The notes under the pieces were generated by a model. That model was not told the origin of the DNA. It made no database searches and saw only the letters and a program-made list of their open reading frames with translations. A DNA stretch of 64,000 bases from Euprymna scolopes (Eukaryota). The DNA is taken from NCBI GenBank assembly GCA_053919585.1, contig CM132791.1. One strand, 5' to 3'. Below are positions 49,899 through 61,615 of this stretch, piece by piece; positions within the stretch are counted from its first letter, which is position 1, and every line of letters begins with the position of its first letter. The position numbers were made by a program, and so were the translations under genes.

Positions 49899-50883
49899 TT
49901 TACAACATTAAAGTAATTGTTATATAAGACAAGGTAGCATATTTCGTCATTCATCCACAAATTAAAAACTTGAAAAGATTTATATTAATTATTTTTAATC
50001 CCTATTGTATAAATTAGCAACATAATATTCATTTATTCTTTCATTTAATTTGAGCGAGTCCATGATTTAAAGTGGGGATAAAAGGTAATAATGGGCGTAC
50101 TCATGATGAAACATAAAAGTGGGTTCACTTGGAGAAATTGTTGCCTAAGAAGATTACGAGATTCATAAACCAGTCAATCCAACCTGTTATGATAATTCCT
50201 TCATTGCCTTATTCAACATGTCTTCACTTTAAATCGTTAAAGATTGTTGCAATGTTTTTTATACAATGAGGGAAAATTGGAAGGTTCTACTTATAGACAC
50301 TGACGATAGGAACTGACCAATCAAATGGAGCCAGGTTCTGCTAGCAACCAATAAGGAACCGGAATTGCTCCATAAAAGAATTTGACTTTTTAGAATTTCT
50401 ACACATAATATTTTTGTCTTACCATAAGAAAGATCTTTGCTCTTTGCCTGAAAAACTTTTAAGTTCAAGACTTATACAGATCAGCTACCCACTGAAAACT
50501 ATTTTTCATCTCCAAGACTTATACAGATCAGCTACCCATCGGAAACTCTTCTGAAATTAAACATGGCTTTCAATTCAAAATTCTGGGATTGAAAAACACT
50601 TTACACTCTGCCATAATATTTTATGAGATTGAAATAAAAGAAACTGAAAGCTCCAAGAAAAAAGTTTTTAAAAAGTCAAAATGATTTTTACCATCGGAGA
50701 ATTATCAAATCAGTCATGATTTTTTTTTTGTGAATCAATACAATGAATTAAATTAAAAATATTTCGTCTTTTTTTTTTCAAGAAACTAAAATAAATTAAG
50801 AAGCGACAAGACAATAACACGCCTTTTGGAAAAAATAAATTATTTACCTACGAGTTCAACTTGGGTAAATTTTGTTAGATTCG

Positions 50884-50914
<31 letters not shown>

Positions 50915-51948
50915 CCACTGAAGTTCAAATAGGCACAGAAGTCTCATCATATTTAATGAAATGTTTCCAGACATAAAGTATTCGTAGAGTTGCTTTTGTT
51001 TCCCCAAAAACTATTTCCAGAAACTATTTTTCTTTGACCGGGGAAGGGGGACACTTTTTGGTAAAGAGAAAAAGAAAGGAGAAAAAATGATTTTGAGACA
51101 ATATAAAGAGACACATTTTTTTTTTATTCTAAACGCACAAAATACATTTCTAAAGAAATGCTGCACTTGTATTCAGGAATATCTTAAAGAAGGTCAAAGT
51201 TTAGATTCACTATTCTTTGATAACCTGGATGATGACAATGTGTGCAGAATCCTGTCAAAGCCACAATATGTCACACCAAAATGGAAGGAAGCCAGCAAAT
51301 GAAGGATAAATTTTATATATCTTTATATTGAAAAAGAAATCTTACACGTAACTGTGAACTGTTGGCTCACAACCAGCACTATTTTTAAAAACATTTTTTT
51401 GCATGACTAAAACTAACAAGTCTCGTTACTTCTACACTTATGGATAATGTGAAAGTAAAGAAACTTATTTTTTTTATGTAATTTGCATATGTAGTTATAG
51501 TACATACGGATGCTCTATGTCAGGCATGTCAAACATGTTGCCCGCAAGAAGCAGAATTGCGGCCCCACAGACAATTTTAAGCAACTTGGAAAAATCAAGG
51601 AGGAAAACGATAAGATCAAAATAAGAGGTGAGTTCGAAAAGTAGTTAAAATTTCTTATTCATCCTCGCTTTAGGAAAGTCTTTTTTGATACTGAGCCCAC
51701 ATATCGAAAGCTTACAACGTCGCAAACTATCATGCAAACTATCACGACTTCTCATTACTTTCCTTAGTTTCCCTTTCTTACACAGGGTACCTTTCTTAGC
51801 CCTACACCGACTTCTGGCGGTGTTATTCACTTCCTTTTCTCCTGCACGCCAACATGCTGTCCCAGTGGTAGCTTATCTTTTTTCACTCCCACCTCGACGT
51901 TCTGCACCAACGCTGTAAGTCCTTCTTTTCTTTCTTTCTTTTTTTTGA

Positions 51949-52496
51949 TATTTGTTTCTCTGAGGGCCCACTAAAGCTAAATTAGCGGTGATAAGACAAA
52001 AACTTGTCCCTTCGAAAAATTTAATCTCCTGCTAGTTGTGGGTTTTGTAAAATTAAGTTTTGTTGCAATTAAAATTATAAATGGTTTCTGCTCACAAAGT
52101 TGAATTTATTTTATTTTTCATTAATACATATTTTTAGGCATTAATCAGAGAAATAACAGCAACAACGACAGTAAAGAAAGCAATTCTATCCACAATATTA
52201 TTTTTTCTTTTAAAATTAAAAATTCTAATTGTTTTTATATTTTTAATTTGTTGCATTTTTTTTTAGTTTTAATTGTTTCGTTTTGTTTTTAATTTTAAAT
52301 TCGTTTTGTATTTAAAGTCAATAAACATTGGTTTTGTTAGATTTGTTTTATCTTTTTTCGACTCGCACCCATGAAAACTGACAAAACGTAATTTTACAAA
52401 ACCCACAACCAGCAGAAAATTCAATTTTTCGAAGGGACAAGCTTTTTGCTTTATCACCGGTAAATTAGCTTCAATGGATTCTCAAAGAAACAAATA
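51949..52496. mobile_element. MITE with ~115-bp TIRs nested in a further IR pair (51620-51680 / 52783-52840) inside the hAT
   Basis: TATTTGTTTCT...CTTGTCCCTTCGAAAAAT...GTTGTGGGTTTTGTAAAATTA is inverted at 52381-52496. Confidence 0.75.
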
Positions 52497-53083
52497 CTCT
52501 TTTTTTTTTACAGAATTTATTGACTTTCAATTTTTTTACATCGTTATTTGGACTCACATTTTCATGGCTTTCGACTTTTAATGATTTCCTGCTTCTTTCC
52601 CTCTTACCTACTTGTCACACTGTCACCGTATTTCTCTTTTTCCTTTCCTTTTCAGTTTTTACCTTCTTCTCTTTTCAATAAACATGTCGATAAGCAAATT
52701 GTCTTCATAAAGTGATAAATCGAAAAAATATTGTGCCCGTGACGTTCTAAGGCTTTGATTGGTGGTTTAAATGTAAAGAATAACTTTTCCAAAGCAAGGA
52801 TAGATAAGAAATTTTAACTCTTTTTCAAACACACCTTATTCTGTATTTATTTTATCTACTTTTACATTTCCTGCCGTGTAGGCCTTATATCTATATTGCT
52901 TTTTACTATTGTGTACTTTTTATTAAAATCGACTTTTATAACTCAAAATATGAATCGGGTAATACTGTTCAGGGGTTAGGTTCATTTGTGATAACTGCTT
53001 TTATTGATATTTTATAAATATTTTTCGTTGTGTTTGATTTTATTTTGACTTTTTAATTTTCCAGATTGCACATTGTTTTTAAA

Positions 53084-54880
53084 ATGGCTATTGCTTCTGC
53101 AACTAAGAAAAAAAGAAAGGTAAATAAAGAAGAGTGAATGTGTCAAGAAAAATGGGAACTACAGTATTTTTGCACAGAAGTGAATGGAAATATATATTGT
53201 TTAATTTGCAATAACCATATTTTTACACCGAAGGCATATAATCTGCAAAGACATTATGAAACGAATTATCTGTCTTGTAATAAATATGAAGGCTCCATGC
53301 GTGTTTCAATGCTCAAAGAATTGACGGTTAATTTGACACAGCAACAGGCCTTTTTTTACAAAAAGTCAGAAAGTAAATGTCACTTCCGTTACTGCAACTA
53401 TGAACTCAGTCGATTTATAGCGATGCATGGGAAATCCTACACCGAAGGAGATTTTGTGAAACAATGCCTTATAAAAACGGCCGAAGTTGTGTGTCCGGAA
53501 AAATCACACTTGTTCAAAAATATTTTCCCCACCAGGAACACTGTTGCTGCACGGATTGATGAAATGTCACGTGATTTGAAGCAACAGTTGAAAGCTGAAT
53601 CATTAAGATTTGAACAGTTTTCAATTGCAATTGCTGAGGCTGTCGATATCACTGGGATAGCACAGCTTGCGGTCTTCATCAGGGCCTGTGACAGTAAATT
53701 TAACATTTATGAAGAACTGATTCAACTAATCCCTATGCATGACACTACAACAAGCCAGAACATCTTTGAGAACGTTGAATGGGTTCTGCATGAATATGAT
53801 TTAGATTTTAGCAAGCTTGTATGCTTGTCTACTGACATAATGGTTGGCAGCTGCCAAGTTACAAGCAAAAAAAAAAGAATTTACATCCGGATTTGTTATT
53901 TTCACATTTCCACTGTATTATTCATCAACAAAATTTGTGTTCAAAGATTTTAAAATTGGATCATGTGCTTAGTTTAGTCATAAAGACAGTGAACTATATC
54001 AAAGGTCGTTCTCCCAACCACCGTCAATTCAACCAGTTGTTAGAAGATATGGATAATCAGTTCACCAATGTTCCATTCGACACAGATGTACGCTGGTTGT
54101 CATGCCACAAAGTGTTGAAAAGATTTTATTTGTTAAGACAAGAAATAATCACTTTTTTGGAGATGAAAGGTGAAAACACTGATGAAATGAAAGATGAAAG
54201 TTGGCTCCAGGATCTGGCTTTTGTCATGGACATTACAGCACAATTAAACGATCTCAATTTGAAATTACAAGATAAGAACAATCTCATCACTCATTTGTAT
54301 GATGACGTCAAATGCTTCATTACAAAGTTGAGATTATGAAAGGCACAAGTCTCAAATGAAAATTTAATTCATTTTCCTACGTGTAAAGAGCTAAAAAAAA
54401 TAGTACTTATACTAAGTCATCACTAAGTTTTGCCAAGTATGACAATCACCTGGAATCATTGTCAAAGGAATTTCAAAAAAAATTTCGTGATTTCTCATAT
54501 TTTGAGCAAGAGTTTGCATTATTCACAGTGCCGTTTACTTTTGATGTTACTAAGGCAGACGAAAGCCTACAAATGGAACTGTTAGAAATGCAGTCAGAAT
54601 CTTTACTCAGAGCAAAGTATTTTGAAGTGGGAACACCTGATTTCTTTTCATACCTTCCAAAAAGGTTTATAAATTTCAGAAAGTTTGTCACACGGATTGT
54701 GGCAATGTTTGGTTCCCCCTATTTGTGCAAACAATTATTTTTCTTCATCAAATTAATAAAGACTTCTCAGAGAACTAGGGTGACTGACAAACACTTATCT
54801 TGTAAAGCTCGGAAATACACAGAAACTTCAGCCAGACATACCAAAGCTCGACAAGAACAAGAGGTGTCAAACCGTAGGAC
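53084..54880 (+). pseudogene. hAT transposase pseudogene (SPIN / GTF2IRD2-like)
   Basis: KKKRKV..E..QEKW..YF, BED-type CLIC..NLQRHYET, SIAIAE..DITGIAQLAVFIR, HCIIHQQNLC, VRWLS and MFGSPYLC.Q.F. One stop and at least 2 frameshifts; catalytic positions altered. Confidence 0.93.
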
Positions 54881-55218
54881 AAAACACGAAACATGTTTGA
54901 GTACTTGATAATAAATGTTCATTTTGAATTATTATTATTTATGTGCATTGAATTTGTTGCATTCAAATGTTGGCTATGTATGTTGCTTTTTAAATTTTCG
55001 TTATATTGAAATAAAGAACAAATTTATATGTCATGCTAATTTCCTTTGTTATATTCTTTTGTTAAACTACAAGTACTTTTAACTTGCATTCTTGAATATG
55101 ACCAAACTATTGCATGTTTCTAAATTACCGGTAAAAGAAACATATTCAGCAATGATTTTTATTTAACGACTTTGATTAATATTGTAGGGGTGCGGCCCTC
55201 ATGCAAACACAAACTGAT

Positions 55219-55606
55219 TCATGATCTGCTTCTTCATCTAATTAAGTGTGAATCGATGTCGTCGGCAGATATAAATAAATAAAATATATATTTAAAATAA
55301 ACAGAAATATTTATGAAAAAAAATATCAATCTAAAAAACATCTTACATGGATTTCAAAAATATTCATACAAAGGAATCAAAATATCTATTGCTTTTGTCA
55401 TAGTTTGTTTTAATATCTGTTTTTGATATTGCGATAGGATGCACCTGGTAAGATTCTAAAAGGAGATTATAAAGGGGAGATAAATGGATTAGAGAGATTA
55501 TAAAGGGAGATAAATGGATAAGAAAGATTATGAACGAAACTTGTGATGGGTAAAGCTTAAGGAAAATCCATTTGTTTTGATTGGATTAGAATATTTGCAA
55601 TGAGGT
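55219..55606 (+). repeat. ~386-bp near-identical direct duplicate of 58796-59181
   Basis: TCATGATCTG...TTTGCAATGAGGT is colinear with only scattered substitutions. Confidence 0.95.
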
Positions 55607-55790
55607 GCTCTGAGTTTGACATGCTTGCTCTGTGTAAATTAAATAGCTAAAGTAAAGCAATGCTAGAAAAAGAGTGTCATTCTTTCTTAAAAGACATTAA
55701 CAATTATTTTATTATGTTACTGCTGCTTTAGTATGATTGCATTTGTTCAGTGTTCAAGAGAGGTGGAGAAAAACACAAGATTATAAGTTA

Positions 55791-57182
55791 CTACCAGGTT
55801 GCTCGGCGTTGCCCAGTGATAAAATGCACATAAATATTATATTTTAATTAATGCAGAAACTGAGATATGTGTATGTAAGCATTCTGTTTTTTTTAAACCA
55901 TTCACTTCTTGTAAGTAAAAAAATAAATACTCAAGCTGTGATCCAAACCAAAACATAAAGACAGTGAGTCAAGTACGATAACTGTTACAGGGAAAGGCTG
56001 TCCCCTTCCCATGTAAATAAGAAGAATATTAAAGTGGAAATGAGATTGGGATAAGCCTAGAATCGAACCCTGTAGGCAAAGTTAAGAAATGGAATGTTAG
56101 AAATTTAGTCTATTGTTAAATTCTATTAGAATAGTTAAATATTGTTTATAAAAAAATATTGTTTATGGAAAAAAAGAGTTGATTGTCCATTCTTTAGAAA
56201 TCTGAATATTAAATATGTCAGTAAAAGAATCAACAATGCAAATTAAATTATATTGTTAAAAGTAGGTCAGATTAGAATTGAGGATTCTTTTGTTGTCAAA
56301 AGTGTGTTGGACAAACATATGTAAAGCCACGTGAAATTGGCCACGTTTGAAAAAACACACTTCTGACGTCATAGACAAAGGACATTTCTCCATATTATGG
56401 GTTTGGAGAAGTCAGTCAGAGAGAGTTGATCAGTTGATGAGTTGGAGTCAGAGCCCGTTGGAGGCGGGGGGGGGGGGTAGAAGTAAACCAATGTAGCCAT
56501 ACCAGTTGAATTCCTGACGTCATCGACCGGCCGATCAGATGAATAAAGAAATCATCATCGTGTTTTGTAAATGTTGTCTCGTGTCGTCATTCAGTTACAA
56601 CAAAAAAAGGTAATGTGTTTATCATCTTATAATGAACATTGTAAACCCTTCCAAGTTATGTGTCCCATCTCCTTTATCACAAGAATTGTCTCCCCTTCTC
56701 CAAGATGTGTTATAAGAACTGATATATAAATGTCTTCTCTCCCTCATCATCACTATCATTATGTCTGTATTACACGAGTCCTGTTATATATGTGCACCAA
56801 TATGAACTCCTCGCCATCTTTTACATATGAAACCCCTGCTATACAACATAATTATTAGGCTAACTTGACACGATATTTAAAAAATGTTTTCAAACCTACT
56901 TATTCTTAACATAAGGAATTTGTCACATGAACGATTCAAACATGCACATTTTTTAAACAGTTGACAAACAGATAAAAATCTGATGACCTCCACCTCATGT
57001 TCCAATTTTTCAATTCTGCCACCTTAGCAGTCCTTTCTTCCGGCTGAAAACCGATTAAAAAGTTTTCCACATGTCTGAATACCCTCTATATCAAATTTCA
57101 AGTCTGTAGTTCAAAAGTTCGTTGAGTATATAGGTTGAGAAGTATTCTCACACACACATTCTCACTTTTATAGATATATAGA
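55791..57182 (-). mobile_element. Helitron-type family B copy interrupted by a solo LTR
   Basis: Minus strand A|TCTATATATCTATAAAAGTGAG 5' end and degenerate hairpin/CTAG end. Homologous to 9944-10170 on both sides of the LTR. Confidence 0.75.
55983..56848 (+). mobile_element. Solo LTR, family 1 (866 bp)
   Basis: TGTTAC...ACAACA termini and TSD TAAC/TAAT. The empty site is visible at ~10130-10150. Confidence 0.88.
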
Positions 57183-57303
57183 TCATAGCTAGCCGAAAGA
57201 GAAAGTGTCTAGGCAATATCAAATTTATAAGCGGTCATCAGTCCCATATACATCTCATTATGTTTTTGCAATTCTTGACGCAAGGTGTCGTCGACGCCCT
57301 CTT

Positions 57304-57403
57304 ACATATAGCACCTGGTGTTCCCAAATGGTCATCCAAATTCAGCATTGCTTAGCTTCGGTGATCTGACGAGAACTGGTGTGTCAACGTGATTATGGCA
57401 TAT
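57304..57403 (-). pseudogene. 5S rRNA-derived copy with internal deletion
   Basis: Reverse complement ATGCCATAATCACGTTGACACACCAGTTCTCGTCAGATCACCGAAGCTAAGCAATG...GGATGACCATTTGGGAACACCAGGTGCTATATG. Confidence 0.8.
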
Positions 57404-57737
57404 CTATAAGTCATTATGTTCTTTCATAACTAAAAATTGTTTGATTTCATGAACCAATGCTAATAGCACTGATTGCATTAGTAACCATTTGACCATCTTT
57501 AATCCACTGAACAGAAATGGACGTTATGCTATTGTGTAATCTCTTTCATTTGTCAACCTCGAACCTTTATTCTTGAGTGGCCTCTGGGCCTTGATAAGTG
57601 ATGACTTTTTTGTAAAAAAACTTAAAAAAAAACAAACTATTTTATCAACCCCCCCCCCAAAGTAAACAGAAAACGAAACAGTATCTATCACATGAGGTTA
57701 GAGTAGTTGAAAATTCATGTATCGATTCCCAGTAAAT

Positions 57738-57810
57738 ACTGAGGTTAAGTAAGGTTGAGCCTGGCCAGTATTAGGTGGATGACTATTTAGGAATATCAGA
57801 TGCTGTATGC
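57738..57810 (+). pseudogene. 5S rRNA-derived copy, 3' two-thirds
   Basis: ACTGAGGTTAAGTAAGGTTGAGCCTGGCCAGTATTAGGTGGATGACTATTTAGGAATATCAGATGCTGTATG. Confidence 0.7.
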
Positions 57811-58795
57811 AGGAGAACAGTGGCACCACTCTGCATAAATCACAACTTTGAAGATTTTCTTTACATGTATTACAGTAAAACTTGCTAAACCACGCGTGTG
57901 ATGTGTTCCTGTCTCAAAATTTCCTAATTATGCACTTGGATGAGTGGGTGGAGCTTAAAAAAAATTTGTGGCCACTGAATCGCCAAGTAATTCCTACGAC
58001 ACTTGAAAATGCAAATGGCTTGAATTAGTTGCTTTGTTCTTTCTCCGGTTCGTTTCGATACATTCCTTTCAACACTTCCAAAAGCAAGTAAGTTATCACA
58101 GGAACATGTGAACTCAAAGTATTTTCAACCCAAAAAATCATTTTATGCCCTCAAAATAACACATCTATGTGAAAGTAATAGGTTGGTGTGAATTTAGAAA
58201 AACCTGGTCAACAAAATGATTTTTCTCCAGAATTTTAAAGTCGGATGCACCTTGAGCAGGACTACAGAACGTCTGCTCAACACCCCTCTGTGCCTTCGGC
58301 AGAAGGAGAAGGAAAGGACTCACATACAAGCTTCATCCTCTCGCGCACACATTCTTACACACTAGCGACAGTCAAGCAAACAAAAACGAACTGCTATTTA
58401 AAGCTATACATACACTAACAAGAACATACCCAATTTATATTATATGTTCATGGGGTTCTTGGCTTTACCCCAAAATGTTATTGTCGTTCCCAAATGGCCT
58501 TTACCAAAGACAAGGACCACACTACAATTTCTCAAAGATGCGATGGTGGAATCACCCCCACAATTGTAGAGCTAGAGGTGTTAAACAGAAAAACACATGA
58601 AGACAAACACCATGCATTAAGGACATGAGATGCTTTGAGATGCAGGGGACACATAATGCTAAGTTTAAAAATAATAAAAATAACAAGAAAGAAAATGTTG
58701 ATTCGAATTGTCCTAGGTGACTTGCCAATCTTTGGCCAGAATTTGACTTGACAACTACTTCAAGACTCACAGGGTACCAAAAAATCACTGATGTC

Positions 58796-59181
58796 TCATG
58801 ATCTGGTCCTTCATCTAATTAAGTGTGAATCGATGTCATCGGCAGATATAAATAAATAAAATATATATTTAAAATAAACAAATATTTATGAAAAAAAATA
58901 TCAATCTAAAAAACATCTTACATGGATTTCAAAAATATTCATACCAAGGAATCAAAATATCTATTGCTTTTGTCATAGTTGGTTTTAATATCTGCTTTTG
59001 ATATTGCGATAGGATGCACCTGGTAAGATTCTAAAAGGAGATTATAAAGGGGAGATAAATGGATTAGAGAGATTATAAAGGGAGATAAATGGATAGGAAA
59101 GATTATGAACGAAACTTGTGATGGGGAAAGCTTAAGGAAAATCCATTTGTTTTGATTAGATTAGAATATTTGCAATGAGGT
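58796..59181 (+). repeat. Duplicate of 55219-55606
   Basis: See 55219-55606. Confidence 0.95.
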
Positions 59182-59558
59182 TGAATCATATTTGTGAAAC
59201 TGACATTTCATGCGATTCACAGTTTGCAATATTTTGCCGCCAAAAGATAAAGAATGTTGGCTTTCTTCTGCTGAGATGAAAGTGAAGTACATCTTTTACC
59301 AATGTCTACAGAGACTTCAACTAGGTGTTGGGAGTGAAAATCTTTAAAGCTAGACTTACATTCCTGTTAATAATGCCAGAATTATAATCAGTAAATCTCA
59401 CAGAATTATCCATTTTTAATGAAAATTTCAACATTTATTAAATAAATTATATATTTTTAAGGAATACAAGCTTTTGAATGTAATCTAATAGCGTTTTTTA
59501 AAAGTTTCATATTATTTGGATGTATCGGACTACTGTTCTCATTTTGAGTGTGATTTTT

Positions 59559-59600
59559 CACAACGTTTCGGTCGATGAAACCTCCGACTATCTTCAGGTG
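59559..59600 (-). ncRNA. Minimal hammerhead motif in SINE-like repeat (59511-59715)
   Basis: Reverse complement CAC-CTGAAGA-TAGTCGG(AGGTTTCA)TCGACC-GAAACGTT-GTG. Core intact; base of stem II mismatched. Confidence 0.6.
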
Positions 59601-60323
59601 TATCTTGTCGAACTCATGAATGGGAATTTAGACGGAATTTCAGATGGAACCTTTTATTTATTATATAGTTTCATAATTTTATATTGTTGGTTCCCGGAAA
59701 ACGCCGGAAACTAATCATGGACGAATGTTATTATGTTTCAAAGTCTAGATGTTTTGTCAGCAAAAATATGTATCGAGAATGTTAACTTTGGAATTTTATG
59801 TTAAAACAAACAGTTAGGAATTTAGCTAACATAAACAAAATTACGTGACAAACATCAGGTGATGATTTTTTTAGTGCTACATTGCAGTAATGACACAGTT
59901 ATAAAGGAAGTTTTATATATACATGCAGGCAGTTTATGGGGGGGGAATAGTTCATTTTAAGTTTAACAGTCGAGTTGAACAGATGAGAGGAGTCAGCTAA
60001 CGATCGATGTTGGATGGCAGCCGGTCATAATAGCTTTTTTTGCAATGCTAGCAGGGCAGAAAATAGCAAAACTGTAATATAAGGAAAGCATACAAGTTCC
60101 AATCGGGGAACATTTGGGAATAAAAGTTGCATAAAAAGATAACCTGACTTAATGGTTGTTCTCCTTGTAATGAATTTTCATAGCAGCTTTTGTAGATCCG
60201 TCGACAAGACCGAAAGGTTTATGAAGGTATGTTTCCCTGTTTGACCAGATGTAAATCCTAGAAAGATGTTGATTCGTCCCGTGAAAAACTGGTTGTAAGA
60301 TATTATTTGTCTCGCTGCTGTTG

Positions 60324-60360
<37 letters not shown>

Positions 60361-60373
<13 letters not shown>

Positions 60374-60775
60374 TGAACGTGTCTGTCTGTCTGTCTGTCT
60401 GTGTACATTTCCCTACGCAATAACTCTGTCAATTTTTAGTCTATAGACTCGAAATTTGAAATACCGGGTACTGAGATTTGGGAAAATCGATGTGACGGGT
60501 GTCAGCCAGAAATTTGGCTGTTAAGGGGTCAAATTTCAACGATTTGACCTTTAAGAACTCTACCAAACTCCTCCGACAATTTTGGGTCTAGACACTTGAA
60601 ATTTTAGATATAGGTTCCTTGAACCTGGATCTAATTTAATAAAGTGATTTGAGCCCGAAACTATAAATTTTAAGGGGTCATAATAGGGGTCAAATTAAAA
60701 AAAAAATTACTCTTTTTTTTTTTTTGCTCAGCATACACCTCCAAACACCCGGGCAACGCCGGGCTGAAATGCTAG
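60361..60775 (+). mobile_element. Helitron-type element (family D)
   Basis: (TA)n-AAAAGTGAAC-(GTCT)n 5' part and 3' CACCCGGGCAACGCCGGG..GCTAG|T. Confidence 0.8.
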
Positions 60776-60795
60776 TATATATATATATCTGTGTG

Positions 60796-61359
60796 CTAGC
60801 AGGCCGCCCGGTGTTGCCTAGTCATACAATATTAAACATGATGTTATAATTTTTGCAGATTGCGTATGTATTATTATAGAATCAAAACTCTATTGATTAT
60901 TATATATTACGAGGAATAATTTGCCCGGTTGACTAATTCGTAAAAAATAATTTTAAAATAATAAAATAATAATTCATCAAATTCCGTCTGTGTTTGTTTA
61001 TAATATCACGTCAGCTGATATTTGGGTTTGACGATCTTAAACAGTCTTTCTTCTCTTTAGATAAAAAAAAGAAGAATTTTTACAGGGGAATATTTTATGT
61101 AACACCGGACGGTATAACGTAAAATATCTCTCTGTAAAAATTCTTCTTTTTTATCTATAAGAAAAGAAAGACTATTTTTGAGATCAGCCTTTTGGATTTT
61201 CGATACTTATCGTATGAATTTCTGCACAAAACATATCTAAGAACACTGCCAGACATATAAATTATCTTTGTGCGATATTTGAATAAGATAGGCTCAGCCG
61301 TTTCGGAACCTATTAGGAAAAAACTCACACACACAAAGTGATTTTTATATAATAGTAGA
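60796..61359 (-). mobile_element. Helitron-type family C copy lacking the tRNA module
   Basis: CTAG at 60796, TCTACTATTATATAA 5' end on the minus strand, internal palindrome at 61043-61173. Confidence 0.8.
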
Positions 61360-61615
61360 GAATATATGTGCTAAAAAACGTACATACATACCTGCGACGA
61401 ACATCACATATCACGAACACTAGAGATGAAAACAGACACGTATATATATGCAGCGTTATGTAGGAGACTATATAACATTTGTTTGTTGTGGTCCTCGTTT
61501 ATGTACACCTGTTATATACACATCCTATATAATATAACAATGAGACTTAAATTTAGAACATATGTTTTAATATGCTGTTTCCATTGAAAGTGACTATATA
61601 CTTTTTCTGGCAGCA

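Larger units (their letters stand above)
51521..55627 (+). mobile_element. Full-length decayed hAT transposon (SPIN/Buster-like)
   Basis: TIRs CAGGCATGTCAAAC / GTTTGACATGCTTG, 8-bp TSD CTCTATGT/CTCTGTGT (central TA), GCGGCCC subterminal motifs. Confidence 0.92.

Noticed and set aside
53138-54908. Domesticated GTF2IRD2/ZBED-type host gene
   Set aside because: Stop, frameshifts, altered catalytic residues, and retained TIRs and TSD show a dead transposon
45480-58400. Minus-strand gene from isolated splice-like signals (donor GTGAGT near 58320, micro-exon near 50424-50448, acceptor near 45862)
   Set aside because: Joined frames hit stops and resemble no protein; such signals are expected by chance
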